From: a bacterium
Lineage (GTDB): Bacteria; SAR324; NAC60-12
Assembly (NCBI GenBank): GCA_965209155.1
Contig: OZ242383.1
Coordinates: forward strand, 1,248,001-1,312,000
DNA length: 64,000 nt
Direction: 5' to 3'
Shown here piece after piece: positions 60,984 to 64,000 of this stretch. The stretch's first letter is position 1, and each line of letters begins with the position of its first letter. Made by a program: the position numbers and the translations under genes. The notes under the pieces were generated by a model that had not been told where the DNA came from, searched no databases, and saw only the letters and a list, made by a program, of their open reading frames with translations.

Positions 60984-62663
60984 ATGAAATTCCCAGAACC
61001 ATTGACAGCAACCCGGGACGTTCTCAAAAAGGGGAGAGACCTGCTCCATTCTTGCTGGACCCGTATCCGGCAAAAGTGTCTGGAAAACGGCAAGGTATCG
61101 ACAAAACGACTCGATGACCATCAATGGATATGTTATGAACTCGCATTATCGACCGCTGAATGGACAGCCGCAGAATTTTTAATGGCTTACAGTCAAAAAT
61201 TACGAGACCAGGCAAATCCTTCCGGGGCAGACCTGATGATTGAAGAACAGTTGACCCTCATTTTTTGCATGGAAGTCCTGCAAAATCTCGGGTGTCGATT
61301 GATGATACGCAAAAGCGAATTTGGACTTTCCGGTGAACACCTCAACTGGCTTCGTTCAGCTGATGTGGAGAACTTTTGTTCGTCTTGGCTGAATAGCGGT
61401 AAATTAATGGAACTGGGGCATAGATTGCTGCCCTTGGATGGAAAAATTGGCAATCCGCTGCTGGATGAAGAAAAAGAAATCATGGCCGAAAATTTCCACA
61501 AATTTGCTGAAAGAATAGTAACCCCACAGGCAGAAGCCATCCACCGGCAAAATTTAGTCATCCCGGATGTGATTCTCAATCCACTGGTTGAGTTGGGTTG
61601 TTTCGGACTGTCCATCCCCATCCGCTATGGTGGTGTTCAACCTGACGATCAGGAAGACAATTTGGGCATGATCGTGGTGACCGAAGAACTCTCGCGGGCT
61701 TCTTTGGGGGCAGCCGGCAGTTTGATCACTCGTCCGGAAATCATGGCAAAAGCCCTCTTGAAAGGTGGGACCGAGATGCAGAAAAAGGTTTGGTTGGCCA
61801 GGTTGGCAGCAGGCAATCCCTTGTGCGCCATTGCCATCACGGAGCCCGATTTCGGATCGGATGTGGCTTCTATTCAGTTGAAGGCCACCCCTTGTTCCGG
61901 TGGCTGGCGTTTGCAGGGAGAAAAAATGTGGTGTACTTTTGCGGGAAAAGCAGGAGTTTTGCTCACCCTGGCTCGAACCGATCCGGACAAAAGTCTCGGG
62001 CATAAGGGATTGAGTTTGTTCATGGTGGAAAAACCCGGCAGTGACGGAGAAGCATTCCATCACAACCAGCCAGGGGGCGGCTCCATCAGTGGACAAGCCA
62101 TTGCGACCTTGGGCTATCGCGGTATGCATTCATTCAATGTGTTTTTTGACGATTACTTCGTTCCGGATGAGGCCTTGCTTGGAGAAGAGGAAGGAGCGGG
62201 AAAAGGCTTTTATTTCACCATGGCCGGATTTTCCGGAGGTCGGGTGCAAACTGCCTCACGCGCCAACGGTCTCATGCAAGCTGCCTATGAGCAAAGCCTG
62301 GCTTTTGCCAGGAAACGAATAGTTTTTGGAAAACCCTTGGCCAGTTACCAACTGACCTTGGTCAAGTTAGTGAAGATGGCTTGTCTTTTGACGGCATCCC
62401 GGCAATTCACTTACGCAGTCGGTCGTTTGATGGACGCAGGGACGGGACAAATGGAAGCGAGTATGGTAAAGCTCTTTGCTTGCAAGGCTTCCGAATGGGT
62501 TTGCCGGGAAGCGATGCAGGTTCACGGAGGGATCGGCTATGCCGAAGAAACCCCTGTCAGCCGCTACTTCGTGGATTCCCGGGTACTGTCTATTTTTGAA
62601 GGGACCGAAGAGACCTTAGCGCTGAAAGTGATTGCCCGGAACATGGTGGATCATCTTTCTTGA
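60984..62663 (+). CDS. Acyl-CoA dehydrogenase, (2S)-methylsuccinyl-CoA dehydrogenase-like
   Basis: N-terminal extension; EELSRASLGAAGSLITRPEI, TEPDFGSD, LGYRGM, RVLSIFEG. Confidence 0.85.
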   Translation: MKFPEPLTATRDVLKKGRDLLHSCWTRIRQKCLENGKVSTKRLDDHQWICYELALSTAEWTAAEFLMAYSQKLRDQANPSGADLMIEEQLTLIFCMEVLQNLGCRLMIRKSEFGLSGEHLNWLRSADVENFCSSWLNSGKLMELGHRLLPLDGKIGNPLLDEEKEIMAENFHKFAERIVTPQAEAIHRQNLVIPDVILNPLVELGCFGLSIPIRYGGVQPDDQEDNLGMIVVTEELSRASLGAAGSLITRPEIMAKALLKGGTEMQKKVWLARLAAGNPLCAIAITEPDFGSDVASIQLKATPCSGGWRLQGEKMWCTFAGKAGVLLTLARTDPDKSLGHKGLSLFMVEKPGSDGEAFHHNQPGGGSISGQAIATLGYRGMHSFNVFFDDYFVPDEALLGEEEGAGKGFYFTMAGFSGGRVQTASRANGLMQAAYEQSLAFARKRIVFGKPLASYQLTLVKLVKMACLLTASRQFTYAVGRLMDAGTGQMEASMVKLFACKASEWVCREAMQVHGGIGYAEETPVSRYFVDSRVLSIFEGTEETLALKVIARNMVDHLS

Positions 62664-62710
62664 AAATAAAATATTGCGCAATACCAGTGATAATGGCAGT
62701 AAAAAACGAC

Positions 62711-63490
62711 TCAATCATTATTGGCCAGCCTGATCGCTCCATCGAGACGAATGGTTTCTCCGCTCAGCATGGTATTTTCCACAATGCTGTTTACGAGTAA
62801 AGCAAATTCCCGGGCGTGCCCCAGGCGTTTGGGAAAGGGTACGTCAGCAATTAAGGCTTTGCGGGTACGATCCGCCATTCCCGCCATCATGGGCGTGTGG
62901 AACAAACCCGGGGCGATGGTCATCACCCGGATCCCATAGCTGGCAAATTCCCGTGCGATGGGAAGCGTCATACCGACGACGCCTGCCTTGGATGCAGAAT
63001 AAGCTGCTTGTCCGACCTGGCCGTCAAAAGCGGCAACCGAAGCGGTATTGATCACCACCCCTTTTTCTCCATCCTCATTGGTGGCCTGATTCCGGATCAT
63101 TTTTTCAGCGCAATGGCGGATAACGTTCATGGTACCCAGTAAATTGACCTGGATCACTCGATTGAACGATTGATAAGACATGATACCTGATTTGCGGCTG
63201 AATACTTTTGAGGGGGCTCCCACTCCGGCGCAGTTGACCACGATATGAATCTCTCCACAGGTGTCGGTCGCTTGTTGCACTCCGGCTTTGACCTCCTCAT
63301 CTTCGATGACGTTGGTTTTGATGAACCAGACTTTTTCTCCCAATTCCCTGACCATCTGATTCCCGCTTTCGTCATTGGAATCAAAGATGACTGCGCTGCG
63401 TGCTCCTTTTTCCAGTAATAGCCGGATGGTAGCTGCGCCTAACCCGGAGGCGCCCCCGGTGACGAGGGCCACTTTGTTCCGTATATCCAT
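62711..63490 (-). CDS. SDR, 3-hydroxyacyl-CoA dehydrogenase type II (HSD10-like)
   Basis: TGGASGLG, AAFDGQVGQAAYSASK, GMTLPIARE, IRLDGAIR. Confidence 0.93.
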   Translation of the reverse strand: MDIRNKVALVTGGASGLGAATIRLLLEKGARSAVIFDSNDESGNQMVRELGEKVWFIKTNVIEDEEVKAGVQQATDTCGEIHIVVNCAGVGAPSKVFSRKSGIMSYQSFNRVIQVNLLGTMNVIRHCAEKMIRNQATNEDGEKGVVINTASVAAFDGQVGQAAYSASKAGVVGMTLPIAREFASYGIRVMTIAPGLFHTPMMAGMADRTRKALIADVPFPKRLGHAREFALLVNSIVENTMLSGETIRLDGAIRLANND

Positions 63491-63838
63491 CTCTTACTCC
63501 ACGAGGTTTGAATACTCAATGCATCCTTATTACCTGTTCGTTGTCAATATACCGAGCAACATTCAGATAAATCATATCCTGGCAGTCTCCTGTTTTTCAA
63601 GCAAAATTTCTTTAAGGAGGTAAATCAGAGTGCTAAGCGCTCTGGCTTCCACGGCTCTCGTTCTTTTTCAAAGAGTGGACTGGCTTCTTGAAGAGCCTCG
63701 AGGTGGGGAATCGATGGCTTCTCGGAAGATACCTGAATAGCGACAAGTCGATCAACATAGAAATTGCTGTCCTCCACACAATGTGTTATGTTTTTGAAAA
63801 GATGACAAATTTCACCTCTCCTTCCCATCGAGGGCATC

Positions 63839-64000
63839 ATGACTACTTTAGAATCCGTCAAAAACCACTCCTCTCCAAGACGGGTGCCTCCTTCTGCCAA
63901 GGAGCCGCTCAGGGTCAGTGAGGCTGAGTATTGGAAGACGTATTACGAACACCCGGATCATTCATATGAATGGAACAATGGACTCTTGGAGGAAAAGCCC
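63839..64000 (+). CDS. N-terminus of a probable Uma2 family endonuclease (runs off the window)
   Basis: Manual translation: MTTLESV...VSEAEYWKTYYEHPDHSYEWNNGLLEEKP. Confidence 0.65.
   Translation, partial: MTTLESVKNHSSPRRVPPSAKEPLRVSEAEYWKTYYEHPDHSYEWNNGLLEEKP

Noticed and set aside
63625..63921. ORF-track calls 63625-63900 (-) and 63688-63921 (+)
   Set aside because: A different plus frame from 63839 gives a recognisable Uma2-like N-terminus; these calls show no motifs

Overview
Bacterial chromosomal window. The F1-type atpF'F-HAGDC operon without atpB/atpE and the overall gene content suggest a SAR324/deltaproteobacteria-like host (inference). Layout: (1) 1-5.3 kb: a helicase-less single-polypeptide R-M enzyme, a REP/octamer repeat cluster and an orphan terminase-small-subunit-like gene between 24-bp direct repeats. 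(2) 5.3-11.4 kb: ATP synthase operon. (3) 11.5-42.7 kb: a mosaic accessory region of minus-strand uptake/catabolic genes (agl-like sugar ABC, Dpp-like ABC, SDR, AKR, Ldh_2, two PhyH dioxygenases), punctuated by plus-strand toxin-antitoxin modules and many small palindromic elements. (4) 42.8-54.4 kb: MoxR/DUF58/vWA cluster. (5) 54.8-64 kb: housekeeping genes, including a putative mesaconyl-CoA hydratase + methylsuccinyl-CoA dehydrogenase pair. Best candidate for a new system: a 1928-aa sigma54 activator whose N-terminus is a phage-integrase Arm-type DNA-binding domain, fused to a pseudokinase-AAA-helical-GAF-AAA+-HTH chain. Its own upstream region carries about three tandem ~82-bp repeats with arm-site-like motifs, and a candidate sigma54 promoter with enhancer palindromes precedes the neighbouring sugar-uptake operon. 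Also notable: a four-helix-bundle gene cassette (missed by the ORF track) bounded by (CGTGCT)n inverted repeats and IS200-like hairpins, with an empty sibling element. All family assignments come from motif recognition by eye; no searches were run.
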